From Malacoraja senta (Eukaryota), in the NCBI GenBank assembly GCA_038087875.1, contig CM075994.1:5830001-5894000 (forward strand): DNA of 64,000 nucleotides. Direction: 5' to 3'. The position numbers and the translations under genes are program-made. Numbering within the stretch: position 1 is the first letter of the stretch; each line of letters starts with the position of its first letter. Positions 12,535 through 25,525 of this stretch are shown piece by piece. The notes beneath the pieces were generated by a model that made no database searches, was not told the origin of the DNA, and was given only the letters and a program-made list of their open reading frames with translations.

Positions 12535-12800
12535 TTCAAGATTCAAGATTCAAGATTCAAGAGAGTTTATTGCCACGTGTCCCCGATAGGACAATGACAT
12601 TCTTGCTTTGCTTCAGCACAACAGAACACAGAAGGCATGACTACAAAACAGATCAGTGTGTCCATATACAATTATATAAATATATACACACATGAATAAA
12701 TAAACTGATAACGTGCAAATAAACAGATTAATGTTCAGAGTTTTGTCCGAGCCAAGTTTAATAGCCTGTTGGCTGTGGGGAAGTAGCATTTCCTGAGATT
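12535..12800 (-). mobile_element. Short 3' end of a Rex-Babar-like LINE
   Basis: (ATTCAAG)n followed by TTTATT on +, i.e. AATAAA plus a (CTTGAAT)n tail on the minus strand. Confidence 0.55.
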
Positions 12801-12948
12801 GGATAGAGTTTTGCCCCTTCCCCAAGACACTTCTGCACAATGGCTCGAAATGCATCCTTGGATGCACTTTAGATTTCAACCCTTTCTGCGTTTCACACTC
12901 AGGTGATCCCAGTTAATTTTGAAATCCGTTTTCCAAATCTCTGAGATA

Positions 12949-14312
12949 TGGTGGTGCAGCCGTGGAGTTGTTGCCTTATAGCGCTTACAGTGCCAGAGAC
13001 CGGGGTTCGATCCTGACTACGGGTGCGCTCTGTATAGCAATGTTACAAAATTTTGAGATTTAAAAAATAAAGTCTGCAATTTATCCCATCAGATAAAGCA
13101 TAAAAAGAAGTTTAATTTGACACTTAATTCACTTTCATATCTTCAGTATTAAAAAAGTTATGGCCATTATCATACTCAGAAATTAGCATCTAGTTCCCTA
13201 TTGCTTTTCCATTGACTTAACACAAAAGCTGTGATCGAGGACAGTTAAAAGCCCATAACTTTCTTAAAAATTATGGTAACTGAAAGAAATTTTCAGGTAT
13301 TATAGATTGAAGCATTCTGAAACAAATATGAAACAATCTTACTTCGAAGACATGAAAGTAAAGCATATAATTAGTTAGTTACCTAATTGTAGCTAATTAC
13401 AAAATTCAATTACTAGATCTAAACATCTATCAATTTCTTAAGAATAGATTAACATTTTTAAATAGCCTAAGTGTCCAAATAACATTCACACAATAATTCA
13501 CAATATAACATAATTTTTAAATCTAATTTTCATGAATTTACAGGCCAAATGGAAGGAATTGAATGTTTAATACCTGTAAATTAATGGGCATTTAATTCAT
13601 CTTGCGAGTGAGAATTTCTGGAACGCGATCTTTTGGAACGTTCATTTGCGGTGAATTTAACCCAGTATTGGCATGAAAAATACTGCCGTTAATTCGGGGA
13701 ATAAAATCACCGTGTCGCATGACAAAATGTGAATTAAAGGCTTCTTAAGAAGCACTTTTATACATTTAAAGAAAGCACTTTCGTTTACCTGTCCATTGTG
13801 TGAAATCCGTCCCCGTTATTGGCGTTGACGCTTCAGGAGCTGCTTTTAAAATGACTGTAGCGCTGACATTGACGATTTAATTTAAAAAAAAAATTCACAA
13901 ATCGCCGGTAGGAACGATTTTGTCAGCGAAGTTTTGTACTCCAACAAAATATTCCCAGGACAAGGGAGGAGAAACCGCGTTTTAACCCCGCCCCCCCCTT
14001 AAAGGCGCCAAAATCGCGCACACGGCCAGTGGCAGAATTACAGCGCGACTGAAGGTAAGTTTTGTAACATACCTACTCTGTATGGAATGTGTACGTTCTC
14101 CCCGTGACCTGCGTTGGGGTTTCTCAAAGATCTTTGGTTTCCTCCCACACTCCAAGCACGTACAGGTTTGTAGGTGAAATAGCTTGGTATACATTTAAAT
14201 TTTCCCTTGTGTGAAGGATAGTGTTAATATGTGGTGCGCTCGCTGGTTGGTGCGGACTCGGGGGGCCGAAACGCCTGTTTCCACGCTGTATCTTTCAAGT
14301 AAACTGAAGTAA
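12949..14312 (+). mobile_element. tRNA-derived V-SINE (HE1-like), split by a DNA transposon at 13035-14075
   Basis: A-box-like GGTGGTGCAG and B-box GGTTCGATCC at the 5' end. The body (gtacgttctccccgtgacc...ggtttcctcccacactcc) resumes after 14075. Confidence 0.8.
13035..14075. mobile_element. Non-autonomous DNA transposon copy A (1041 bp, 7-bp TSD CTCTGTA)
   Basis: Imperfect 16-bp TIRs TAGcaATGTTACAAAA / TTTTGTAACATacCTA; CTCTGTA at 13028-13034 and 14076-14082; closely similar copy at 58892-59933. Confidence 0.9.
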
Positions 14313-14776
14313 AGTTAAGCTTACATTTATATTAATTAACTCAGCTGCAGAGATTAGTTTCGTACTTTCTTGATTCTGTCATTTGACTGCAATGTCGAAA
14401 GTTAGACTGGCATATCAATGGCCTAAGCAATTTGCATTAAAGCTTTGATTTTGCGTGAGATGCTGAAATGAAACGAAATGGCTCCATGAGCAGCAAAATA
14501 ATGAATTATGGACATTATATATATATTCAAATACTGCAAATCAATCTGCAGTTGAAGTACAGTTTCTAATTTCTCTCAACTCGACGATACTGTGTCTATG
14601 CAGGTGATTATCGTTATTTTTAGAAGCAGCAATTGTGATTATTTGCACATTGACATCATTATTGAAATTTTGCAAATGGAAAATACTCGACACCTCTTAA
14701 AATAAAGCATCATATGGATCGTCACTAGGATTTTCAAAATATTTCAAATACCATTTGAATCTGCCTTCACATTCAG

Positions 14777-14812
14777 AATTGAAGAAAGCTAAAAAGACGT
14801 GTGAGGCTACTG
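14777..14812 (+). CDS. Microexon 4 (36 nt, ELKKAKKTCEAT)
   Basis: ccttcacattcAG|AATTGAAGAAAGCTAAAAAGACGTGTGAGGCTACTG|GTaagg. Confidence 0.88.
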
Positions 14813-15180
14813 GTAAGGGAGGAATATATAAGTTCGCAAGGTGTTTATATGCAAAATAAATAGAAATACAAATACAGAAATAGAAATAGTTTAAGAATTC
14901 AAATGTTCATGTATACATTTAAATGTATCCTTTTAAAATTCATCACGGTTTAGCATGTTAGCGAAAATCACCTTTCTCTCAGTTTAGTTTGTAATCGCTA
15001 TAGATAGTGTGTTAAAATGTGCGAAGGGGTCTGATAGTTCAAACGTACACGTCCAATAAATGCGTAATCCAATAAACGTACACCTGCCATAAATTAACTT
15101 AGAGATATGTTATATAACTTCTCGGTTCACTTGACAATTTTGTGTAATAATACAATTATTATTTTTACCCATTAAAACAG

Positions 15181-15198
15181 AAAAGATAAAGGACGACG
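15181..15198 (+). CDS. Microexon 5 (18 nt, EKIKDD)
   Basis: tttttacccattaaaacAG|AAAAGATAAAGGACGACG|GTgagt. Confidence 0.85.
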
Positions 15199-15334
15199 GT
15201 GAGTGCATATGGAATTACATTCTACACGCATGCAAACATTTATATCGATGGAAGAACGCCAATGGTAGTGATGGCGGTAAGCACTGCCATCAATGATGTT
15301 GACCTTGTGTAATCTGCATCCAGTTCCAGCGCAT

Positions 15335-15483
15335 GTGCTACCGTGACACATTCTCTCTCTCTCTCCCCCTCTCTCTCACTCTTCCGATCTCTCTATGTCT
15401 CTCTCTCTCATTCTCTCTCCCTCTCTCACTCACATTCTCCACCACCCTCTCTCTCTTCCTACCCCCTCTCTCTCTCTCTCTCT

Positions 15484-15526
<43 letters not shown>

Positions 15527-15957
15527 TCCCCCCCCCCTCTCTCTATCATTGGTTATACATGGCAATGCTCCGACTGGAATCCAGTGCTACCGTGACACAT
15601 TTATCTCATTTCCTCTCTCTTTCTCTCGCAATCTCTCTCTCTTTCTCTCCTTATCTCTATCTCCCTCTCTCTCTATCCATCTCTCTCTCCCACTCCCTCT
15701 GTCTCGTTCTCCCGCTCTCTCTCTCTCACTCTCTCCCGCTCTCGCTGTCTCACGCTCTCTCTCTCTCCCGCTCTATCGTTCTCTCTCCCGCTCTCTCTTT
15801 CTCTCTCTCTTTCTCTCTCTCTCTTTCTCTCCTTATCTCTCTCTCCCTCTCTCTCTATCCATCTCTCTCTCGCACTCTCTCACTCGCTCTCGCTCTCCCG
15901 CTCCCACTCTCGCTCTCTCACGGTCTCTCTCTCCCGCTCTCTCTTTTTCACTCTCTT

Positions 15958-15991
<34 letters not shown>

Positions 15992-16200
15992 TCACTCTCT
16001 TTCTCTCACTCACTTCCTCTCTCTCTCTCCCTCTATCTTTCTCTTTATCTCTCTCTTTCTCTCTCCCTGTGCTACCGTGACACGTCTCTCTCTGTTCCTC
16101 TCTCTTTCTCTTCCACTCTCTCTCTCTTTCTCTCTCTATCGCTCTCTCGATCTCTATCTCTCCCTTTGTCTCTCTCTCTCCCTCTTTTCCACTCTCCCAC

Positions 16201-16287
<87 letters not shown>

Positions 16288-16340
16288 CTCTCTCTCTCTC
16301 ATTGGTTATACATGGCAATGCTCCGACTCTGAAATCCAGT
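15335..16340. repeat. CT-rich compound microsatellite with repeated unique spacers
   Basis: (CT)n tracts; GTGCTACCGTGACAC occurs 3 times (about 15335, 15584, 16069); CATTGGTTATACATGGCAATGCTCCGACT occurs twice (about 15548, 16300). Confidence 0.9.
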
Positions 16341-16682
16341 GTCGGATGAGTATTCGGTTCCTCCACTTTAATCATTGGTGGTTGCAAGTCAGCCGTCAGC
16401 TTCTCGTCAGAAGTTCCCCTCTTTCTCTCTACCAATTGACCACAGTCATCCCACGGCGGTGTTGCGAAAATGAATTGAACTTGGTCCAATTACATTTCTT
16501 GTTAAGCCCCTTTAATCGTTGGAACAATAATTAGGCAGAAAGGACATATATATTTAGAATATAAGCATGGACGTCAAACGATATTTTGGACAGCTTTCCA
16601 CGACCGAGTGATATAAAATTACATCCTAGATGATTTAGTCATCGATATTTACTGCATTGAAATGTTTCTCTTCTTTCTTCAG

Positions 16683-16718
16683 TAATCGCCAAGCTGAAGC
16701 AGCGCTCAAAAACTGCAG
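16683..16718 (+). CDS. Microexon 6 (36 nt, VIAKLKQRSKTA)
   Basis: ttctcttctttcttcAG|TAATCGCCAAGCTGAAGCAGCGCTCAAAAACTGCAG|GTttgt. Confidence 0.88.
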
Positions 16719-16754
16719 GTTTGTCATATTACATGAGTATTACCTTGTCAAACA

Positions 16755-17810
16755 AAAATAGAAACATAGAAAATATGTGCAGGAAACAACCATTCATCTC
16801 TTAAAACCATCACAACCATTCAACGTGATGATAGCTGTAAATACAAAATCAGTTCCTGCTTTTTCTGCATATCCCTTGATTCCATTCGCCATAATGTGTA
16901 CGAAGGAACTGTAGATGCTGGTTTAAATCGAAGATTTTTGGAGTAACCCAGCGGGACCGGCAGCATCGTTGGAGAGAAGGAATGGATGACGTTTCGGGTC
17001 GAAACCCTTCTTCAGCCTGATGTCAGTGGGAGGTACATAGATAAGGAAGTGTATAGATAAGGAAGTGTAAGGTGTGAAAACAGGAAAAGGGAATGTAGTT
17101 CAAGGAAAATGTAGAATAGAACATTGTTACTTGGGAGAAGGAAATAACAAACCAAACAGAGATAAAATGTAGTCGGAGACAGCAAGCCAAGTCGGAGAAC
17201 TGGGAAGGGGAAGGAAATGTAGAGAAAGGAAAAGCAAGTGAGAGAATGCTTACACTACTGGGGTGTAAGCTGCCCAAGCGAAATATGAGGTGCTGTTCCT
17301 CCAATTTGCGCTGGGCCTTACACTGACAATGGAGGAGGCCCGGGACAGAAAGGTCAGCGTGGGAATGGGAGGGGGGTTTAAATCTTGAGCAACCGCGAGA
17401 TCAGGTAGGTTTAGGTGGACTGAGCGGAGGTGTCCAACCTTAACCATTGACCCTAAGAGCTATATCCAACTCTCTTTTGAATACACCCAGTGAATTAGCC
17501 TCCACTGCCTTCTGTGGCCGACAATTCCACAGCTTGACAACTCTCTGAGTGAAAACATTTTTGCTCATCTCAGTCCTAATAGGCCTACCTCTTATACTTA
17601 AACTGTTACCCCTGGTTCTGGCCTCCCCGAACATCCGGAACATTTTTCCTGCATCTAGCCTGTCGAAGCCCTTAAGAATTGTATATGTTTCTATAAGATC
17701 CCCTCTCATCCGAAATTCCAGTGAATAAATGCCCAGTCGTTCCATTCTTTCATCATATGTCAGTCCCGCCATCCCGGGAATTAACCAGGTTGCACAACCT
17801 CAATCGCAAG
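16755..17810 (-). mobile_element. CR1 3' fragment interrupted by a Penelope-like fragment (about 16895-17433)
   Basis: The CR1 tail (catagaaa) and the C-terminal ORF 17440-17772 flank a GIY-YIG C-terminal remnant (EEQHLIFRLGSLHP) with its terminal repeat. Confidence 0.8.
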
Positions 17811-17896
17811 AATTTCGGCGACTAACCTAACAGGATAATTGTAATTTCCATTGCTTTCAGATATATTTGCCGTTAAAATAACATGTCTGGCATGAT

Positions 17897-18330
17897 GTTT
17901 AAGAAAGAACTGCAGATGCTGGAAAAATCGATGGCAGACAAAAAAAGCTGCAGAAACTCAGCGGGAGCGAAGGAATAGGCGACGTTTCGTGTCGAGACCT
18001 TCTTCAGTCTGATGTCGAGGGGGGCGGGAAAAAGAAAGGAATAGGAAGAGACAGTAGGCTGTCAGATAGCTGGGAAGGGAGGGAAAAGTAAGGAGAAAGC
18101 AAGTACTACTTGAAATTGGAGAAGTCAATGTTCATACTGCTGGAGTGTAAACTACCCAAGCGAAAGATGAGGTGCTGTTCCTCCAATTTGCGGTGGGACT
18201 CATTCGGGCCATGGAGGAGGCCCAGGGCAGAAAGGTCAGATTCAGATTGGGAAGGGGAGTTGAAGTGCTGAGCCACCGGGAGATCAGGTTGGTTATTGCG
18301 AACTGAGCGGAGGTGTTTGGCGAAGCGAGG
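17897..18330 (-). mobile_element. Penelope-like element 3' fragment (GIY-YIG endonuclease C-terminus)
   Basis: RFAKHLRSVRNNQPDLPVAQHFNSPS...RKLEEQHLIFRLGSLHSSSMNIDFSNF*. Confidence 0.85.
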
Positions 18331-18653
18331 CATGATGATCTGCAGGTGGAGCTCTCGCAGCAGATGATTTATTTCTGACGTTACTCTAATCGCAACAAGC
18401 CACGATCTTACTGAGGGCTATAAATGTGCAGCAACGGATGAGCATCATTTTTACGTTTTTTTAAATATAGGTCCACATCTTTCAAGGTGCGCACGGTTAT
18501 ATACAATCGAAATATGACGTTAGAGCATTGGTACAATGCCTTAAACACATTGAATATTCCAACAATAAAATGTTGTGTTAAATTATTCTTTACTGGTTCA
18601 TAGATGAATATCTATTGATATTATCAATGTTCCTATGCTTCGTTGCTTCACAG

Positions 18654-18680
18654 AGTGTGCTCTCGCAAAATCAGAAGCAG
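18654..18680 (+). CDS. Microexon 7 (27 nt, ECALAKSEA)
   Basis: cttcgttgcttcacAG|AGTGTGCTCTCGCAAAATCAGAAGCAG|GTaaat. Confidence 0.85.
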
Positions 18681-20159
18681 GTAAATAATCAGTAAATGCA
18701 CAATTATAAAATCGATTGGTCGATGTTTCCTTGTTTTTAATGGATAAGGGGATGGCCTATCCAACCATTTTTCAGTTGTCGGTTTTGACATTCATCTAAA
18801 CCATTTCCATGTTCAGCTGAACATATTTTACACCTGACTATAATACAGTTTACACGTGTCCATGTTGTTTGGTCCACATTATGCACACGTCAGCAATGAC
18901 GTCGGTAATGTGCTGATAGTTTGCCATTGGTTGGGAAAATCACCTCCGCAACAGATGTTTTATCTGAATAGCCTGAGTTACATTACAGTGTTCAAGTCAT
19001 ACACGTCTTGTTCGAATGTTCAGAAAAGCAACACACACATGTGGCGTTGAAGGCTAGAATCGAGTTCAGCGTTATTCCATTATTGTCAAATAGGCGACGA
19101 CCCGTTCACTTCAGTCGAATTGCAGATCTAGTTAAAATGGGCGAACGCAACAAAGTGTCCATGTTGCATTTGATTTTGCTTTCGTCATGATAGTAATTAA
19201 TTGGTATTTAAACCTTAAATGCGTTTGAACTCAATTTCCTTTTTTTAAATTTCAATTGTGTAACAAGCTTATAAATTGTCCTACCCACTGTTATTAGCAA
19301 TATTGGAGCTCGTCAGAAGCAGTTGAAATTATTCGGTGATCGCAGTGGTCAATCAAAATAATCCGACTAAAGCAGGACGAGCCCGTTTCTTCTGAATCCA
19401 GCCCTTGAAAATTGATTGACATTGTGTGTCTTGCCTACTAATCATCCAGCGTGTCTGCACCCTCCTGCCCAAAACAAGATGGGCTGTGAGATAAAATGTA
19501 ACATGAGGACTTGGGATGGGGTGAACTGAGGAAAGCAACTTAAACAATGTATGGTCCTGTCTGAACAGCCGCAGAAATAATACAACCAAGAGACAGGGTA
19601 GAACATTGGACGTTTAGAGCTCCACGACTATTCTGCTGCGTTAAGGAGATTGCATCTTGTGGCAAATACTATCAAATCGTGAAATCCCCTCTGATGACCA
19701 TCTTCAAGTAGGGGCAGTTTAATAATCTGTTTTGATATCGAGATCCCCCGATATCACAATTTACACCTTAACATTCACCAGAAAACCCACTTTAACTACA
19801 GAAATACATTGATTCCAAGAGTGCAGAGAATAATTATGAGGATGTTGCCAGAATACGAGTTCCCGTGCTATGTAGAGAGGTTGAACAGGCTGGGACTCGA
19901 GGAGCGCAGGAGGATCCGGGGTGATCTTAAAGAGGTGTATAAAAATAATGTGGGGAATAGGAACAGTCTCTTGGCCAGAGTAGGAGGGTCGAGAAACAGA
20001 AAACAAAGGTTGAAGGTGAAGGTGGAAATATTTGAACGGAACCTGAGAGGTAACGTTTTCACGCAAAGGGTGGTTGGTGTATGACGTTGGGTTGCCAGAG
20101 GGGGTAGTTGAGGCAGGTACAATCGCAACGTTTAAGATACATTTAGACAGGTACATGTA

Positions 20160-21779
20160 CAGTGGCTTGCAAAAGTATTCATACCCCTTGAACTTTTCCG
20201 CATTTTATCACGTTACAACCACAAACGTAAATGTATTTTATTGGGATTTTATGTGATAGACCAACACAAAGTGGCGCATAATTGTGAAGTGGAAGGAAAA
20301 TGATACATGGTTTTCAAATTTTTTTACAAATACAAAACTGAAAAGTGTCGCGTGCAAAAGTATTCAGCCCCCTTTACTCTGATACCCCTAAATAACATCC
20401 AGTGCAACCAATTGCCTTCAGAAGTCACCTAATTAGTAAATAGAGTCCACTTGTGTGTAATCTAATCTCAGTATAAATACAGCTGTTCTGTGAAGGCCTC
20501 AGAAGTTTGTTAGAGAACATTAGTGAACAAACAGCATCATGAAGCCCAAGGAACACACCAGACAGGTCAGGGATAAAGTTGTGGAGAAGTTTAAAGCAGG
20601 ATTAGGTTATAAAAAAATATCCCAAGCTTTGAACATCTCACGGAGCACTGTTCAATCCATGATCCGAAAATGGAAAGAGTATGGCACAACTGCAAACCTA
20701 CCAAGACATGGCCGTCCACATAAACTGACAGGACGGGCAAGGAGAGCATTGATCAGAGAAGCAGCCAAGAGGCCCATGGTAACTCTGGAGGTGCTGCAGA
20801 GATCCACAGCTCAGGTGGGAGAATCTGTCCACAGGACAACTATTAGTCGTGCACTCCACATATCGGGCCTTTATGGAAGAGTGGCAAGAAGAAAGCCATT
20901 GTTGAAAAAAAGCCATAAGAAGTCCCGTTTGCAGTTTGCCACAAGCCATGTGGGGGGGACACATCAAACATGTGGAGGAAGGTGCTCTGGTCAGATGAGA
21001 CCAAAATTGAAGTTTTGCGCCTAAATGCAAAACGCTATGTGTGGCGGAAACCTAACACTGCACATCACCCTGAACACACCATCCCCACTGTGAAATATGG
21101 TGGTGGCAACATCATGCTGTGGGGATGCTTTTCTTCAGCAGGGACAGGGAAGCTGGTCAGAGTTGATGGGAAGATGGATGGAGCCAAATACAGGGCAATC
21201 TTGGAAGAAAACCTGTTAGAGTCTGCAAAAGACTTGAGACTGGGGCGGAGGTTCACCTTCCAGCAGGACAACGACCCTAAACATACAGCCAGAGCTACAA
21301 TGGAATGGTTTAGATCAAAGCATATTCATGTGTTAGAATGGCCCAGTCAAAGTCCAGACCTAAATCCAATTGAGAATCTCTGGCAAGACTTGAAAATTGC
21401 TGTTCACAGACGCTCTCCATCCAATCTGACTGAGCTTGAGCTATTTTGCAAAGAAGAATGGGCAAAAATTTCAGTCTCTAGATGTGCAAAGCTGGTAGAG
21501 ACATACCCCCAAAAGACTTGCAGCTGTAATTGCAGCGAAAGGTGGTTCTACAAAGTATTGACTCAGGGGGGCTGAATACTTTTGCACGCGGCACTTTTCA
21601 GTTTTTTATTTGTAAAAAAATTTGAAAACCATGTATCATTTTCCTTCCACTTCACAATTATGCGCCACTTTGTGTTGTTCTATCACATAAAATCACAATA
21701 AAATACATTTACGTTTGTGGTTGTAATGTGACAAAATGCGGAAAAGTTCAAGGGGTATGAATACTTTTGCAAGCCACTG
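20160..21779 (+). mobile_element. Tc1/mariner DD34E transposon, Passport-like, 1620 bp, inserted in an old CR1 3' fragment
   Basis: TA|CAGTGGCTTGCAAAAGTATTCA...TGAATACTTTTGCAAGCCACTG|TA; near-perfect ~210-bp TIRs containing internal direct repeats (TGCAAAAGTATTCA), i.e. IR/DR type. Confidence 0.95.
20539..21561 (+). pseudogene. Tc1 transposase with two homopolymer frameshifts
   Basis: Paired-like DNA-binding domain (MKPKEHTRQVRDKVVEKFKAGLGYKKIS...GRP), then WSDETK, QQDND and SPDLNPIE with a 34-residue D-E spacing. Frameshifts at the G7 run near 20953 and the C5 run near 21506. Ends AAKGGSTKY* at 21561. Confidence 0.92.
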
Positions 21780-22750
21780 TATAGGATGAATTGAGAGGGA
21801 TATGGGACAAACGTAGGTAAGTGGGAGTAGTGTAGATGGGACATGTTGGCCTATGTCGGCCAGTTGGGCCGAAGGTCCTGTTTCCACGCTGTGGGACTCC
21901 GGGACTATGAATGCAGTTCCAACACCATCTTGACTTCTCAGCTCCTCGTTCAACGGAATACACGATATAAACCATCATCCCTTCTCTCACCAGTGCAACG
22001 TGGCTAGAGGATGACCTGTCCACAAATGTACTGCAGTAACGTTAACCCTTAGAGATCAGTTCCAAAATTCCCTCCACAAATGTAAGAGTATCAGGCGCAT
22101 GAAAGTACATCTCTGAACACCCCCTCTCAATACAAAAACAGTTTTACATGGACGTATAATGTCGCTCCTTGGCCGTAGCTAGCCTGTATCCTTGAACTCG
22201 CTGGTCAAGAACATGCAGCATGGCCTTCGGCTGGAAATCTGTAGCAATTCTGATGGGTGGCTAACTCGCGATTTCTACAGGCTTGTTTCATATATTATGG
22301 CGTTGTCGGTAAAGGCCAAGTTTCTAAAAGGAGTAAATGAATAAACGGTCTTGGATCGTGTCAAGCTTCCCGATATGCCCAACCTATCTGTCAAGGGAAG
22401 TACAATTTATTTTTAGTCAAAGACTCATAACGTTTTACAGAGTGGAAACAGGCCATTCGCGCCAACTTGCCCACACCAGCAAACATGGTCGTCGATTCAC
22501 CTACTCTGGGCAAAATAATATATGCATCTATCCGATCTATTTCTGTAATGATTTTATTCCTCTGATGATTTTTTCGTTTGAGCATTGAAAGTCAATTGTT
22601 GTCTGGAGAGTATTCAACTTCTTGGATTCTGCAAATATATGGACCATGAAGTTGAGTTCCCGGTTGCTTTAGAAATTCAAATATGCTAATCCATGTTAAA
22701 GAAACGTTCAGATACTGACACTTATAACAATATTGTGTTTTTGCTTCCAG

Positions 22751-22786
22751 ATCTGAAAAAGCAGAAACGTACTTACGAGCAGATGG
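22751..22786 (+). CDS. Microexon 8 (36 nt, DLKKQKRTYEQM)
   Basis: gtgtttttgcttccAG|ATCTGAAAAAGCAGAAACGTACTTACGAGCAGATGG|GTaagg. Confidence 0.9.
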
Positions 22787-22969
22787 GTAAGGGAACTTAA
22801 TGTATTTCATACGGAACATATAATTGAAAACAAATAGTTTAGTTAATAGTAACTGGTTTCGTTTCAACTCATACCTTTTTCTTGGACACGGGAGCCGTGT
22901 ATTTGCTGAACTTCATTGTTTTTTCCTCCGAGCCTTGAAATCATGATCAATACTTAAGACGTTCCCAAT

Positions 22970-23262
22970 TCAGTTTACTTTAGTTCAGTTGAGAGATACA
23001 GAGTGAAAACTGGCCCACAGAATCCGCACCGAGCAGCGATCCCCGCACACTAACACCGTCATACACACACTCGGGACAATTTACCATTTTACAATTAGGC
23101 TACAGACCTGTACGCCCTTGGAGCGTGGGAGGGGACCAGAGCTCCCGGAGACAACCCACGCAGGTCACGAGGATAATGTGCATACTCCGCACAGCACCCG
23201 TAGTCATGATCAAACCTGGGTCTCTGATGCTGTAAGGCATCAACACCACCGCTGCGCCGTCC
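22970..23262 (-). mobile_element. V-SINE (HE1-like)
   Basis: Reverse-complement match to the SINE at 12949-14312. Confidence 0.75.
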
Positions 23263-23431
23263 TGCCGCCGCTTTCATGACAGCATTATATTAGTGCCTTG
23301 AAATTATTATCGAAAGCCATGCACTGAGTATTATATTTATGTACTGTGAGCACCATCTAAATGTAAACGTGCCTAAATGCACTTTGTACCGTTTAACATG
23401 TTTTTGAACGTTTTTATACATCCATAAATAG

Positions 23432-23449
23432 AGCGAGATAAAGATGGAG
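23432..23449 (+). CDS. Microexon 9 (18 nt, ERDKDG)
   Basis: tttttatacatccataaatAG|AGCGAGATAAAGATGGAG|GTaaac. Confidence 0.85.
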
Positions 23450-24204
23450 GTAAACTATGAACACGAGTTAAATATATTATGTTTTTCCTATAATAATGAA
23501 GCATGTTAACGTTTGCTCAATGCCATTACTAATCATTGGAAGACAACACAGCTCACTATTGTATAGGAAACACCTGCAAATTCTGGGTTACACCGAAGAT
23601 AGACACAGAATGCTCGAGGAACTCAGCGGGATAGGCAGCATCACTGGGGAGAATCAATGGTTGATGTTTCGCAGCGAGACCTTCTTTGCTAGCATTGCTA
23701 CCGTGATGTTTTCAGTCATAGAATTGACCACCTGCATTTTTTATGACATAATGTTTACGGCTCGCGTTCCATCTATTATGTGCATAACGAAATGGCCAGA
23801 CGTTGTAAATATTGTCGCAGAATATAGAGCTGAATAACGCAAACGTAGGAGCAACATGCTGACGCCGATAGACAAGTATCCAAACATACCAATCACATTT
23901 ACCAGCACATTCCTCGTAGCATTATGTGCCTTGGCTCGACTAGCTGATTCTCAAAAGCTGTGAGACACTATACGCCAGTCATCGCCTCAGTCACTGTACA
24001 AAACTGGAAATCAAAGTTGGGTGAACGAGTCAGTCAAGAAAGAATGGGAGGTGAAAACATACAGTTAAGCGCAGAAAAATATATATGGACTGTCAACGAC
24101 ACATTAACTCTTTTAATGAAATTATGGAAGTTTGGCTTGTCTGAACAGAAGTTTATAAGTCAAAGGGGTAGACCTCCAATGCCATTTGTGGCAATGACAT
24201 ACGT

Positions 24205-25525
24205 GGTCTCACCGCTGTTTGCCGAAATAAATTCCTCTTCATCTCCTTTGGAAAGGTACGAACTTTAATTATGAGGCCTTGACCTCTGGACCCGGACTCT
24301 CCCACGTGGAAACATCCTCAACACGGACACTCTATTCAGACCGTTCAATATTCTGCAAGTTTCAATGAGATCCAATCTCCAGTGAATACAGCCACAGAGC
24401 CATTACATGCTCCTCAGACATTATCTTCCCCGTTATTAAACTCGTAAACCAACTCTGGGCCCTCTCCAACGTCAGCAAACTGCTCGCAATACTCAAAATG
24501 CGGTCTCAGCAGCGCATTCTACAACCTCAGCATTACATCCCTGCTTTTATATTCTAGTTCTCTCGAAATAGTTCAAGTTCAAATTTAAGTTCAGGTTAAA
24601 TTTATTGTCACATACACCAATTGATGCAGTGAAATTTGAGTTACCATAAAGCCACACAATTAAACTAAATGTACACAACACTATAGAAATTAACACAATC
24701 ATCCCCCACAGCGGAATCAATGTTTCCCACTTTGAGGGAAGGCAATAAAGCTAACCTTGCATTTGCCTTCCTTACTACTGATTCAATTTGCAAATTAACC
24801 TTTTGGGAATCTTGTACCAGCACTTCAAAGTATCTTTGCTGCGAATTCTGAATCCTCTCCATATTTAGAAAATAGTCTACGCCTGTATTCCTACAACCAA
24901 CGTGCATGACTGCACACTTTGTTCGGCTATATTCCATCTTCTTTGCTCACTTCCCCACCCTGTCCAAGTCCTTCAGCAGACGCTCTGCTTCATCTGCACT
25001 ACTTGTCCCTCCACCTATCTTCGTATCATCCGCAAATCTGGCCTCAACCCCATCCATTCCATCACCCAAATCATTACAATGCAAGAGGAAGAGTAGCGGA
25101 CACAACACCGACGCCGTGGAGAACACAACTAATCACCGGCAACTAACCAGAAAAAGCGTCCTTTATTTCCTTTCTTTGCTTTCTGTAATTAAGCCATTCT
25201 AATCATGCTTCTGTCCTCCTCTAATACCACGAATTCTTATGATGTTCAGCAACCTCACGTGTGGCAACTGATCGAAAGCTCTCGAAAAATCCAAGTACAC
25301 TACATTCGTCGACTTTATTTTGTCTATCCTGCTATTTACTTCCTCAAAGAATCTCAACAGACTTATCTCCCCTTCACAAACTATACCGACGACAGCCTAT
25401 TTTTTCATGCGCTTCTAAGTGATCAGAATCCTCATCCAAATAATGCACTCTAAAATATTACCGACCACTGGAGCCAGAATAACGGGCCTATAGATTCAGC
25501 TCCTTGCTCCCCCTTCTTGAACGGC
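24205..25525 (-). mobile_element. Highly decayed CR1 RT fragment with a short LINE-tail insertion (about 24570-24750)
   Basis: Reverse-strand remnants of RFADDT, VYLDFRE and CAVMHVG motifs. Confidence 0.65.

Noticed and set aside
12949..13030. tRNA gene
   Set aside because: The A/B boxes belong to a SINE head. No cloverleaf is evident and the sequence continues into the SINE body.
15333..16534. Long Ser/Leu- and Arg/Glu-rich ORFs (up to 338 aa)
   Set aside because: Translations of (CT)n/(AG)n microsatellite. The same applies to 53861-54146 and 62704-63082.
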